DNA of 64,000 nt from Octopus vulgaris (Eukaryota): assembly GCA_951406725.2 (NCBI GenBank), contig OX597842.1:682001-746000 (forward strand). Reading direction: 5' to 3'. The notes below the pieces were generated by a model. That model saw only the letters and a program-made list of their open reading frames with translations, was not told the DNA's origin and did not search any database. A program made the translations under genes and the position numbers. Positions 27,063 through 40,247 of this stretch are shown here, piece by piece. Numbering within the stretch: position 1 is the first letter of the stretch; every line of letters begins with the position of its first letter.

Positions 27063-27328
27063 CATCATCATTTAACATCCCTTTTCCATGCTGGCATGGG
27101 TTGGACGATTTGACTGAGGACTGGTGAGCCAGACGCTGCACCAGACTCAATCTAATCCGGCAAGGTGTCTACAGCTGTATGCCCTTCATAAAGCCAACAA
27201 CTCCGAGAGTGTAGTAGGTGCTTTTACATACCACTGGCAATGACCTTGCTCAAATGGTTTCTCTCCTGCCATGGAAGCCACTTAACTGCTCTGGCAGTTT
27301 GAATCACATTTGAATAATAATAATAATA

Positions 27329-27364
<36 letters not shown>

Positions 27365-27393
<29 letters not shown>

Positions 27394-27803
27394 AAGAAAA
27401 AGAAGAACAAGAAGAAGAATTGGAAGATAGAGGAGGAGAAGAAGAAGAAGAAGGAAAAGAAAAAGAAATAGAAAAAGAAAAAGAAAAAGAAAAAGAAATA
27501 AAAGAAGAAGAAGAAGAAGAAGAAGAAGAAGAAGAAGAAGAAGAAGAAGAATTGGAAGGAGAAATAGAGGTAGAAAAGTAGAAGAAGAAGAAGGGAGAAG
27601 AAGAAGAAGAAGAATTGGAAGAAGAAGAAGAAGAAGAAGAAGAAGAAGAAGAAGAAGAAGAAGAAGAAGAAGAATTGGAAGAAGAAGGAGGTTTGGAAGA
27701 AGAAATAGAAGTAGAAAAGAAGAAGAAGAAGAAGAAGAAGGGAGAAGAAGAAGAAGAAGAAGAAGAAGAAGAAGAAGAAGAAGAAGAAGAATTGGAAGAA
27801 GAA
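27365..27803. repeat. (GAA)n polypurine tract
   Basis: Direct reading; internal duplication of GAATTGGAAG-bounded blocks. Confidence 0.97.
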
Positions 27804-28059
27804 CACAGCAGCAGCAACAACAACATGATTCTGTTAATATTGATCTTGATGTTGTTATCATCATCAGCTAAAATTCTGTTTTTCCTTCTTGTTTATCTTT
27901 GTTTTGGATTTTATATTTTGTGTCATTTACTTTTCCCCTTTTCTTTTATTAGTTTCTTCCCATTGTACTGCTACCATGCTGGAGCACCGGCTTCGAGTGT
28001 TTAATTACATGGATGTCAACAAACCAACACCGGTTGTCAAGCAATAGTGGGGAACAAAC

Positions 28060-28612
28060 AGACAGTTTCTGTTTATCAAATCCACTCACAAGGCTTTGGT
28101 CAGCCTGTGGCTATAGTAGAAGACACTTACTCAAGGTGCCATGCAGTGGGACTGAACCTGGAACCATGTGGTTGGACAGTAAACTTCTTACCACACAGCC
28201 ACAATAGGCTTCTTTCAGTTTCCATCTACCAAATCCACTAACGAGGCTTTGGTCAGCCTGTGGCTATAGTAGAAAACACTTACTCAAGATGCCATGCAAT
28301 GGGACTGAACCTGGAACCATAGGGTTTGACAGCAAATCCACTCACAAGACTTTGGTCGGCCCGGGGCTATAGTAGAAGACACTCGCTCAAGGTACCATGC
28401 AGTGGGACTGAACCTGGAACCATGGGGTTGGACAGCAAACTTCTTACAACACAGCCACAATAGGCTTCTTTCAGTTTCCATCTACCAAATCCACTCACAA
28501 GGCTTTGGTCAGCCTGTGGCTATAATAGAAGACACTCGCCCAAGATGCCATGCAATGGGACTGAACCCGAAACCATGTGGTTGGGAATCTAACTTCTAAC
28601 CACACAGCCACA
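28060..28612 (-). repeat. Four tandem SINE-A tRNA heads
   Basis: AAATCCACT(C/A)AC recurs at ~28078, 28231, 28334 and 28487. Confidence 0.85.
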
Positions 28613-29687
28613 CCAACCCCTAGATGCTTATTTATTTTCCTCCCATTCCTTTCGAACGTTTCCTTTTCCTTGGTGGCCCTTTAAAACTTTGGAGAGTCAT
28701 TTTAATGCTTAGGAATGGTTTCCATCTCAACAATGGTTTATGGAACAATTAAACCCCACCAAAATTATGAAGACTAATGCTCCCTTTCCAATTCCTCTGG
28801 ACGATTCCAGGTCAATAATCAAGAATTTAAGCTCAAATCCAATTAAAAGCTGTCCAGATTTACATTAATCACATGGCCGTTTGTTGATTAAGTCCCACAT
28901 GTCTTTTTGGAGCCATGCTTCTCTTTGTTTGTACATGTGTTTGTGAGCGTGTGTGTGCATATGTGTGTGTGTATGTGTGTCCCTAAATTATTCTAGTTCT
29001 CTGTGTATGTATATATGTCTATCTATCTTTCCGTCTGTCCATCTATGTATCTATCTATGCCTGTCTATCTATTTATCTATCTATCTATCTATCTATCTAC
29101 CTCTATCTATCTGTCCATCCGTCCGTCCGTCCATCCATCCATCAATCTATCTATCTCTGTTTTAATTCTTTTTACTCTCTCACTCAGTCTATTCCCCTCC
29201 TTCCCCCTCTCGCTCACTCACTCTCCCCCTCTCTCCCTATATTTCGAGATCAGTGACATATATGTATATATATGTATATATATACATATATACGACGGGC
29301 TTCTTTCAGTTTCCATCTACCAAATCCACTCACAAGGCATTGGTCGACCCGAGGCTATAGTAGAAGACACTTGCCTAAGGTGCCACACAGTGGAACTGAA
29401 CCCGGAACCATGTAGTTGGTAAGCAAGCTACTTACCACACAGCCACTCCTACGCCTATTTGTTGTGTTATTGAGCAAAATGGTTGGTTTCACAGTGCTCC
29501 AGCTTGGTCGGCTGTTAATGGGTAACACTGTAATGGATTTGTGTCTGTGTTCAAGTGGAATGCTGACTGCCCTAACTCCCTCGCCAGTGGGATCCATCAT
29601 TCAGAGGCTACGACAATGAGAGGAATCGCACTGTGTATAGTGCGTGTATAGCAGCATCTGATAGATTGGTTGATACAGTGATACAAA

Positions 29688-29719
<32 letters not shown>

Positions 29720-29732
29720 CAAACATGCATAC

Positions 29733-29770
<38 letters not shown>

Positions 29771-29773
<3 letters not shown>

Positions 29774-30344
29774 CACAGGAGTGGCTGCATGGTAAGTAGC
29801 TTGCTTACCAACCACATGGTTCCGGATTCAGTCCCACTGCATGGCATTTTGGGCGTCTTCTGCTATAGTCCCGGGCCGACCAATGCCTTGTGAGTGGATT
29901 TGGTAGACGTAAACTGAAAGAAGCTTGTCGTATATATGTATATATATATATAACGGGAAGCTTTATGAAAATAGACAAAAGACGAAGGCAGGTGGAAAAC
30001 AAACGAACAATTGTATTAGTATGGCGCTCAGGAAATATAAATAAAACAAGTCTTTAACGTTTCGAGCCTACGCTCTTCAACAGAAAGATACACAGAGAGA
30101 AAAAAACACAGAAAGAAGGAGAAAAAAAAATGCGTGCAGTAGCTAACGAATCAACATGGCGATCTGATTTCGGCCAGAGGTCAAAGATCAAACATGAGAC
30201 GCGAGAGCGAAATAAGGGGAGATAATAGGGTTGATAATAGGGTTGATAATAGGGTTGATAATAGGGTTGAAGGAGCAGCTAATAGTGCGTAGGAGGGGTC
30301 TGGACGTGTGTATGTATAGGGTTGGTGTATGTATTAGTATGTAT

Positions 30345-30379
<35 letters not shown>

Positions 30380-31226
30380 AGAGAGTATTAGTGCGTAGGA
30401 TTGGTCTGGACGTGCGTATGTATGGGGCTGGTGTATGTATTAGTATGTATTAGTATGTATTAGTACGTATTAGTATGTATAAGTGTGTGTGTGTGTGTAT
30501 GAGAGAGTATAAGTGCGTATGAGGGGTCTGGACGTGTGTATGTATAGGGTTGGTGTATGTATTAGTATGTATTAGTACGTATTAGTATGTATTAGTTGGT
30601 GTATGTATTAGTATGGCACATCATATATGATGTGATGTGTAAAGTCGTGTGGTGTAGTGAGGAGAAGAGGGGGAGGGGAGAAGAGGGGGGAGAGAAGGGG
30701 AGGGGAAGAAGAGGGGGAGGAGAGGGGGAAGAGGAGAGGATGGGGGAGAGAGAGGAGGGGGAGAAGGAAGGGGAGGAGGGGGAGGAAACACACATATATA
30801 TACAAATACATACATGCACAGAAACACACACGCACATATCTATACCCAAACATCCATACATATATGTATATACATATACATGGATGTTCACATGTATAGG
30901 TATACATATATGTATGTATTATACAAACGTATTCATTCATTTGATATTATATATACACTCACACATATATGTATATATATATATATATATGCGTGTGTGT
31001 GTATGTGTTTGTGTGTCTGTGTTTGTCCCCCTAGCATTGCTTGACAACCGATGCTGGTGTGTTTACGTCCCCATCACTTAGCGGTTCGACAAAAAGAGAC
31101 CGATAGAATAAGTACTGGGCTTACAAAAGAATAAGTCCCGGGGTCGATTTGCTCGACTAAAGGCGGTGCTCCAGGATGGCCGCAGTCACATGACTGAAAC
31201 AAGTAAAAGAGTAAAAGAGTAAGAGT
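29771..31226 (+). mobile_element. SINE-A split at its internal microsatellite by a Penelope fragment
   Basis: Head 29771-29935; tail ~31000-31226. Confidence 0.75.
29955..30785 (-). mobile_element. Penelope-like 3'UTR/pLTR fragment containing an HHR motif (30051-30088)
   Basis: Near-identical reverse complement of ~33880-34681. Confidence 0.9.
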
Positions 31227-31646
31227 AGATCACTGGCCCAGGAATTGAAACCATGATCTCACAACTGCGAGTGCAACGCCCTAACCACTAACCCACATGC
31301 CTTTATACACACATACACACACACACATCTATGGATTTTTCCATCCGTCCAACCATCAAACCGCTCCCCCCCCCCCCCGCCGCCACTCTCTCTAGCTCCA
31401 TGTTGTCTTGTTCCATCGTTCGCTAATTATAAATTGTATCAATTTAAGTCACTTGTTGTTATTCCGCTTCTTTAGTGACAATGTCCTCTCTACAAAGTCT
31501 ACCGAAAAATTTCCAACCAATTCGGTCACAGACAATGGAATCATTTAAATGACTCACAAATTCTAACAAATCACACACACACCCACGTTTACAAATACAT
31601 ACATATATACATAAATACAATCACAAATGCATAGATACATATACAT

Positions 31647-31696
<50 letters not shown>

Positions 31697-31708
31697 TCAC
31701 ACACACAT

Positions 31709-31745
<37 letters not shown>

Positions 31746-32145
31746 CAAGCATATATATAAACATACAGATACGCATATATATACATATACACACGCATAG
31801 ATACAAATACATATATGCATAGAAACACACACGCACATATCTATACACAAACATCCATACATATATGTATATACATATACATGGATATTCACATGTATAT
31901 GTATACATATGTATGTATTATATAAACATATTCATTCATTTGATATTATATATACACACTCACACACATATATACATATATACACACATAACATGTGTAT
32001 TTGTGTGTATGTGTATATATATATATATATACATACACATATATATACACACACATATATATATATACACACACATGTATATATACATACATATATATAT
32101 ATGTGTGTATATACATATGTGTATATATATATATATATATGTGTA

Positions 32146-32178
<33 letters not shown>

Positions 32179-33296
32179 GTATACATAAATGTATGTACAC
32201 ACACACATATATATATACACACATATATATGTATATATACATACATATTATATATATATACACATATATATATATGTGTGTATATATATATATATATATA
32301 CATATACATAAATGTATGTATATATATATATATATGTATTTATATATACACAGATGTACATGCAAATGGACATACGCATATACATATATGAATGTATTAT
32401 ACAAACAACCTCGTCAATATAAATATATATACACATGCAATATACACACATGCTCACATATATGCAAGCATGCGTGCAGCCATTTATGTATGTATACATG
32501 TACGTATGCATGGCTGTATGGTTAAGGCACTTGCTTTGAAACAACTTACTTTTGGTTTCAATCCCATGGCACAGCATCTTGGAAGTGTATTTTCTAATAT
32601 AGCCCAGGGTCAGCCAAAGACTTATAAGTGGATTTGATAAATGGAAACTGAAAGAAGCCCATCATGTTTGTGCATATGTGTGCGTGCATGCGTGTGTATA
32701 TCTGTGTACGTATCTGTGTTTATGACCCCAGCGCACAGCCTAACAACCAGCTCTGATTAGTCCTTTGACTTAACAGTTCAGCAAAGGGGGTACGACAGAA
32801 TAAGTACCCTTTTAAAAGAAATTTAAGTACAGTGGTTGATTTGTCAGGCTCGAAACCTTCAAGGCTGTGCTCCAGCATGGCCATCGTCCAATTACTAAAA
32901 CAACTAAAAAGATATATTTGCATATATCTTTTATCATTTATGTGTTTCAGTCATTTCGACAGAAAGATACACAGAAAAAAAACAAGATGAGAAAAAAAAT
33001 GTGTGTAGGCGCTAACGATCTATCATGGCGTACATACATACATATATATATATCACGTTGCTCCAGTTCACTCAGCTGTAGAAATGAGTGCGACGTCACA
33101 GGTGCCAAGCTGTATCGACCTTTGTCTTTCCCTTGGATAACACTGGTGGCGTGGAGAGGGAGGCTGGTATGCATGGGCGACTGCTGGTCATCCATAAACA
33201 ACCTTGCCCGGACTTGTGTCTAGGAGGGTAACTTTCTAGGTGCAATCCCATGGTCATTCATGACCGAAGGGGGTCTTTACCTTACCTTACTATATA

Positions 33297-33750
33297 TTGG
33301 TCCATAGCTCCTTCCCTGACCCTACCTCCCAACCCGGCTCGTTCCCCTGCTCCCGCCCACGTTGCCGCACTTGCCCTTACCTCTCCAACACCACCCGCCT
33401 CACTAGCACCCACCATCGACCCTATCCCATCATCCACTCCTTCACCTGCACCTCCAGCAATATTATCTATTGCATCTCTTGCTCCCTCTGCAATTCCTTG
33501 TACATCGGACAAACGGGACGCCGCTTGGCTGACCGGTTCGCGGAACACCTTCGTGACATCCACCTTGCGAACGACACACCGGTCTCACGCCATTTCCGCT
33601 CCACCGGTCACTCCTTGCAACACCTATCTGTGTTCGGTTTGTCCTTACACAGAGGCCATCCGGATTCCCGTTTGCGCCGTGAACAGGAATTAATCTTCTC
33701 TCTTCGCTCTTATACGCCATTTGGTCTCAACTCTCCCCCCTCCTCATCTA
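33297..33750 (+). CDS. GIY-YIG endonuclease with Cys-rich linker (fragment, RT missing)
   Basis: CSRPRCRTC..FTCTSSNIIYCISCSLCNSLYIGQTGRRLADRFAEH..HF..REQELI..PFGLN. Confidence 0.9.
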
Positions 33751-34547
33751 ACCCCCTCTCCCCCTCCTCACCTATCCTTTCTCCCCCCGACCCCTACTTC
33801 TTCAGTCCTTCATCCTTTCACCCCTACTCCCCTTCCCTTCTTCCCTCTTCCCCTTCCCTCTGCTCCCTCACTCCCCTTCTCTCTCCCCCTCTCCCTCTTT
33901 CCTCCTTCATCCCCCTCATCCCCTTCCTTCTCCCCCTTCTCCTCCCCCTCTTCTTCCCCTCCCCTTCTCCCCCTCTTCTCCCCCTCCCCCTCTTCTCCTC
34001 ACTACACCACATGACTTTACACATCACATCACATATGATGTGCCATACTAATACACACACCAACTAATACATACTAATACGTACTAATACATACTAGTAC
34101 ATACTAATACTTACACCAACCCTATACATACACACGTCCAGACCCGCATACGCACTTATATACTCTCTCACACACACACACACACACCTATACATACCAA
34201 TACGTACTAATACATACTAATACATACTAATACATACACCAACCCCATACATACGCACGTCCAGACCAATCTTACGCACTAATACTCTCTCATACACACA
34301 CACACACACACCCTTATACATACTAATACATACACCAACCCTATACATACACACATCCAGACCCCTCCCACGCACTTTTAGCTGGTCCCTCAACCCTTTT
34401 ATCAACCCTATTATCTCCCCTTATTTCGCTCTCGCGTCTCATGTTTGATCTTTGACCTCTGGCCGAAATCAGATCGCCATGTTGATTCGTTAGCTACTGC
34501 ACGCATTTTTTTCTCTCCTTCTTTCTGTGTTTTTCTCTCTCTGTGTA

Positions 34548-34585
34548 TCTTTCTGTTGAAGAGCGTAGGCTCGAAACGTTAAAGA
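34548..34585 (+). ncRNA. Minimal hammerhead motif with variant core CTGTTGA
   Basis: TCTTT-CTGTTGA-A-GAGC gtag GCTC-GAAA-CGT-T-AAAGA. Confidence 0.7.
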
Positions 34586-34681
34586 CTTGTTTTATTTATA
34601 TTTCCTGAGCGCCATACTAATACAATTGTTCGTTTGTTTTCCACCTGCCTTCGTCTTTTGTTTATTTTCATAAAGCCTCCC

Positions 34682-34712
<31 letters not shown>

Positions 34713-34739
34713 GTATGCATGTATATATATATTCACCAG

Positions 34740-34881
34740 CCATTATATATTCTTTATTTTCTGCAGAAGAGTATAGGCTTGAAACGTTAAAGACATTTTC
34801 ACTTCCAGGTGTTAAACTAATACATCTGTTTGTTGTCTACAACACCTGTCTTCATCTTTTGTTTTTTTGTGAATTCTCCCC
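34740..34881 (+). mobile_element. Decayed solo pLTR of a related family
   Basis: CTGCAGAAGAGTATAGGCTTGAAACGTTAAAGA..GAATTCTCCC-(TA)n. Relatives at 47067-47240, 47719-47830 and 32955-33030 (-). Confidence 0.7.
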
Positions 34882-35028
34882 TATATATATATAGACATAT
34901 AGTGTGTATGTATATATATATTATATATATTGACATATGGTATGTGTGTTAGATATATATATATATATATATATATATTGTAAACGGAAATATCAATATA
35001 TGTAAATAGAGAATATATACAATATATT

Positions 35029-35062
<34 letters not shown>

Positions 35063-35071
35063 CATATAATG

Positions 35072-35112
<41 letters not shown>

Positions 35113-35515
35113 GGTAAAGAACCTATTTAGTCATGAATAACCATGAGATTACAGCTAGAAGGTTCCTCTTCAAGGCACATGTCCAGGCAAGGTCGTTTAT
35201 GGCAGACCAGCAGTCACCCATGTGTACCACCTTCCCCTCTCCACACCACCAATGTTATCCAAGGGAAATGCAAAGGGGCCGATACAGCTTGGCACCTGTG
35301 ATGTCGCAGCTCATTTCTACAGATGGGTGAACTGGAGCAATATGAAATAAAGTGTCTTGCTCAAGAACACAACACGCAGCCTGGTCTGGGAATCAAACAC
35401 ACGACCTCACGATTGTGAACCTGAAGCACTAGCCACTGAGCAATATGCCTTCACACATAAATACATATATCAATATATAAACATACAGCATGTGTGAATA
35501 TATATATATATATAC

Positions 35516-35717
35516 TCCTTACTCTTTTACTTGTTTCAGTCATCTGACTGTGGCCATGCTGGAGCACCGCCTTTAGTCGAGCCAATCGACCCCAGGACTA
35601 ATTTTTTGGAAGCCTAGTACTTATTCTATTGGTCTCTTTTGCCGAACCACTAAGTTACAGGGACGTAAACACACCAGCATCGGTTGTCGAGCAATGTTGG
35701 GGGACAAACATAAACAT

Positions 35718-35748
<31 letters not shown>

Positions 35749-35920
35749 CATATATACGACAGGCTTCTTTCAGTTTCCGTTTACCAAATCCACTCACAAG
35801 GCTTTGGTCAGCCCAAGGCTATAGTAAAAGACACTTGCCCAAGGTGCCATGTAGTGGGACTTGACCCAGAACCATGTGGTTGGTAAGCAAGCTACTTACC
35901 ACACAGCCACTCCCATGCCT
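35516..35920 (-). mobile_element. SINE-A full copy
   Basis: Head, internal microsatellite and tail. Confidence 0.9.
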
Positions 35921-35937
35921 ATATAGATAGACAGATA

Positions 35938-35989
<52 letters not shown>

Positions 35990-36005
35990 TACACTTTGTT
36001 GAAAA

Positions 36006-36040
<35 letters not shown>

Positions 36041-36328
36041 CACATATATTATATATATATACCTGCATATGTACACACCTATATTCACACTACATGATAC
36101 AAGAATACAACATTTACTACAGCGTATGTACAGAATGTAGGCCAGTGCTAACTGTAATATTTTGTCCAAGAGAATCTTGTCAAAGAGACTTGTGGAAGGA
36201 AATAAGAGAGAGATGGAGGGGGAGGGCGCGTTATTGTTTTTGTAACACACAAGTCTCTTTGAGAAGTTTCTCTGAGACTACTTATGACAGCTAATGCCTT
36301 TCTACACTTGTGTATCAGTATATATTAC

Positions 36329-36656
<328 letters not shown>

Positions 36657-36869
36657 GAATATATATATATATGTATGTTTGTATGGATGTATGTATGTAT
36701 ATAAGAAATATATACATATGTATATATGTATTTCAAATGGATACACACATCGCATTTTAATCTGATGCGTGTCTTCATATCCACTGATATACACAAATAT
36801 GTACACATATACACACATACATGCATATGTTTGTATATATATGTATATACAGGTGAGAAAGTTGGTGTG

Positions 36870-36914
<45 letters not shown>

Positions 36915-37074
36915 ATAAATGTTTGTGTGCAGACACATATGTGTGTGTGTGAATGTATATCATTATCATCATCATTTGATATCCATGTGTGTGTGTATAT
37001 AATTATACATATATATAATGCAACACACATGTGTATATGTATGTATATATATATATATATATATACAGACACAC

Positions 37075-37117
<43 letters not shown>

Positions 37118-37774
37118 TATATACATATACGTGTGTGTATGTATATATATATACATACATACATACATACAGACACACATATGATTATCATCATCATTTA
37201 ATGGCCCTATACATGTGTTTGTGTATATGTGCATATATATATGTAGTTATATATATATATACATGTGTGTGTATAGATACCGATGCATACATCTACATAT
37301 ATATATATATATTTGTGTGCGTGTATGAAGAAAATCACTGAGCCATCTTCTCATATGTAATTTCAAGAGAAGGCAGGAACAAGACAAGATGGTGTCGCAT
37401 GCCATCTGTCTCATAAAAATCTGATACGACAGGAAGAAGACAAAACATTTTATACATCAGAAACCAGAGAAAAAAATCATTGAAAAAGACTGGAAAAATA
37501 CTAATAAATCAGCACCGTCCATTTCTACTCAAGAAACTAGTTTTGCAGCGGAATATCTATATTTACAGACGATTAGGCTTGTATATCTAGTCTAAAATCG
37601 ATCTGCCCACTTCATGTCAGAAGCTTGAGTTTCAGACAGTTTTGAAACGATACCTTCGTGTTGAAGAATATTTGGTTCCTCCAGCGACGGGGATTCGACA
37701 GAGGGGTCTTCTGATGCCTAATATATATATATATACAGTATACATGTGAGTGTATATTGTTATTAATGGGGATA

Positions 37775-38142
37775 CTCTTTTACTTGTTTCAATCATTTGA
37801 CTGCGGCCATGCTGGAGCACCGCCATTAGTCGAGCAAATCGACTCCCAGGACTTATTCTTTGTAAGTCTAGTACTTATTCTATCGGTCTATTTTGCCGAA
37901 CCGCTAAGTTATGGGGACGTAAACACACCAACATCGGTTGTCAAGCAATGCTAGGGGGACAAACACATATATACATATATACGACAGGCTTCTTTCAGTT
38001 TCCGTCTACCAAATCCACTCACAAGGCTTTGGTCGGCCCAAAGCTATAGTAGAAGATACTTGCCCAAGGAGCCACACAGTGGGACTGAACCCGGAACCAT
38101 GTGGTTGGTAAGCAAGCTACTTACCACACAGCCACTCCTGCC
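37775..38142 (-). mobile_element. SINE-A full copy
   Basis: Head, internal microsatellite and tail. Confidence 0.9.
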
Positions 38143-38191
38143 AATTAAACACATTATATATTTAGTTTTCACTGCGGCTGTATAATTATTA

Positions 38192-38246
<55 letters not shown>

Positions 38247-38292
38247 CATTATTATTATTATTATTTCATTATTATTATTATTATTATTATTA

Positions 38293-38348
<56 letters not shown>

Positions 38349-38911
38349 GAGTGAGAGAGTAGTGCATGCCATCATAGGGACACTCGGTTACAAATATGCA
38401 AAGCCCAATATACCCATCATGACAACCCATCTGAGATAAGGGTACACCAGGCACATGCATCACAACCATATGTGCGCGACATGGAGATCTCATATCAAAA
38501 TAAACAGTACATGACTTTGCAGGTGGAACCCAGTTAGAATTTTCTTCAGGTCAAGTAACCCATCCCACGCAAAAGATACCTGAATAAGGTTTGTTTAAGG
38601 ATGATGAATGAAACACCCCACCCATGTTTCCAGAGGTGAATTATCCAAACTCTAAAAGAATCCCTCTCAACACATGGCTATGATGCTCACCAACTACTTC
38701 TACTCGTGACGAGAGGTGCAAATAGCGTCAGCCACTAAGGGACATGCTCAACTGGTTAAGGTCAAACAACTGACAAGCAAATCTGTGGTATTGAGCAGAA
38801 TATTTGCTGTAGCCCATCTTTTATACCAAGACAAAACAATGTACATGATAACACTTCCAATCAGCTAAGATCAGAAGCTATGAGAGCCACTACCTAGCAC
38901 TGCATCAGGAC
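38349..38911 (-). mobile_element. 555 bp retroposon copy 3, full length, within (ATT)n
   Basis: Colinear reverse complement of 5409-5964, with microsatellite on both sides. Confidence 0.88.
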
Positions 38912-38928
38912 TTTCATCATCATCATCA

Positions 38929-38963
<35 letters not shown>

Positions 38964-39290
38964 TTCGTTCCTTTGTCAAAGTTCTTTCGTCACACCTGTG
39001 ACCTCTTCAATGACTCTATTCCATGTATCACCTCTTTTCTTTTATGCTTTCACATCTTTTAACCATTTGGCTGCAGCCATGCTGGAGCACTACCTTGAAG
39101 GGTCTTTTAGTGGAAGAAATTGACCCCAGGACTTATTCTTTGCAAGCCTATTACTTATTCTATCAGTGTCTTTCGCTGAACCACTAAGTTACGGGAGACA
39201 TAAACACACCACCATTGCTTGTCAGGGGATGGTGGGTGGGAGACAAATACATTCATAAATACATACATACACACATGTATATATATATAT

Positions 39291-39339
<49 letters not shown>

Positions 39340-39799
39340 CATATACATGTACTGTGCTGGTGGCACATAAAAAGCACCCACTACACTCATCGAGTGGTTG
39401 GCGTTAAGAAAGGCATCCAGCTGTAGAAACACTGCCAGATCAGACTGGGCCTGGAGCAGCCTCCTGGCTCCCCAGACCCCAGTTGAACCGTCCAACCCAT
39501 GCTAGCATGGAAAACGGACGTTAAACGATGATGCTGATGGTATATATTTATCATCACACATTTTGTGACCTCTTCTGTGATACCCCATCCCATGTGTCCC
39601 TTCTTGTTCTGCTTCTTCCATTTTGTCTTTTGTGCTACTTATCCCTATCTAAGACAAAAAGCTTGCTTCCCAACGACATGGTTCTGGGTTCAGTCCCACT
39701 ACAGGGAACCTTGAGCAAGTGTCTTCTAGTATAGCCCAGGGCAGACCAAAGCCTTGTGAGTGGATTTGGTAGATGGAAACTGAATGAAGCCAGTCCCAT

Positions 39800-40071
39800 C
39801 TTTTACATTATTTACATTTGACAGATATTTCTCCTCATCAGGTTTGTTGTTAACACAACGTTTCAGCTGATATACCCTCCAGCCTTCATCAGGTGTCTTG
39901 GGGAAATTTCAAACCTGGGTTCTTGCTCCTAAGCTATTTTTCGATCTTCTTCTTCTTATTATTATTATTATCATCATCATTACTATTATTCAGGTCACTG
40001 CCTGGAATCGAACTCGGAATCTTCGCGTAAATAGCCTGCTCTCTTGACCATTACGCCATATACCCGTGGAC

Positions 40072-40120
<49 letters not shown>

Positions 40121-40247
40121 CATCAAAAAATGCCTTAGGAATGAGAACCCAGGTTCGAAATTTCCCAAGATACCTGATGAAGGCTGGAGGGTATATCAGC
40201 CAAAACGTTGTGTTAACAACAAAGAAGATGAGGACAAATATCTGTCA
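39800..40247 (-). mobile_element. Fold-back element: central tRNA-like head flanked by (AAT)n and two inverted HHR-bearing arms
   Basis: Arms ~39819-39945 and ~40122-40247; A box 40048-40058 and B box 40004-40015 on the minus strand. Confidence 0.8.
39852..39897 (-). ncRNA. Minimal type-I hammerhead ribozyme with canonical core
   Basis: GACAC-CTGATGA-A-GGCTG gagggtatat CAGCT-GAAA-CGT-T-GTGTT. The mirror copy at 40169-40214 has GAAA>AAAA. Confidence 0.8.

Larger units (their letters stand above)
33295..34681 (+). mobile_element. 5'-truncated Penelope-like element (Neptune type): GIY-YIG domain, pyrimidine-rich UTR, HHR-bearing pLTR
   Basis: Endonuclease ORF plus an HHR motif at 34548-34585; both ends abut TA repeats. 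Confidence 0.9.

Noticed and set aside
33750-34067. Pro/Ser/Leu-rich C-terminal extension of the GIY-YIG ORF
   Set aside because: This is read-through into a pyrimidine-rich UTR; an out-of-frame TAA lies just after PFGLN.
37654-37717. 64 nt minus-strand exon (ASEDPSVESPSLEEPNILQHE)
   Set aside because: The acceptor is only TA repeat, the donor GTATCG is weak, and no homology is recognised.
39991-40071. Genuine tRNA gene (likewise the SINE heads)
   Set aside because: A and B boxes are present but acceptor and anticodon stems are poor, so it is treated as a SINE-type head.
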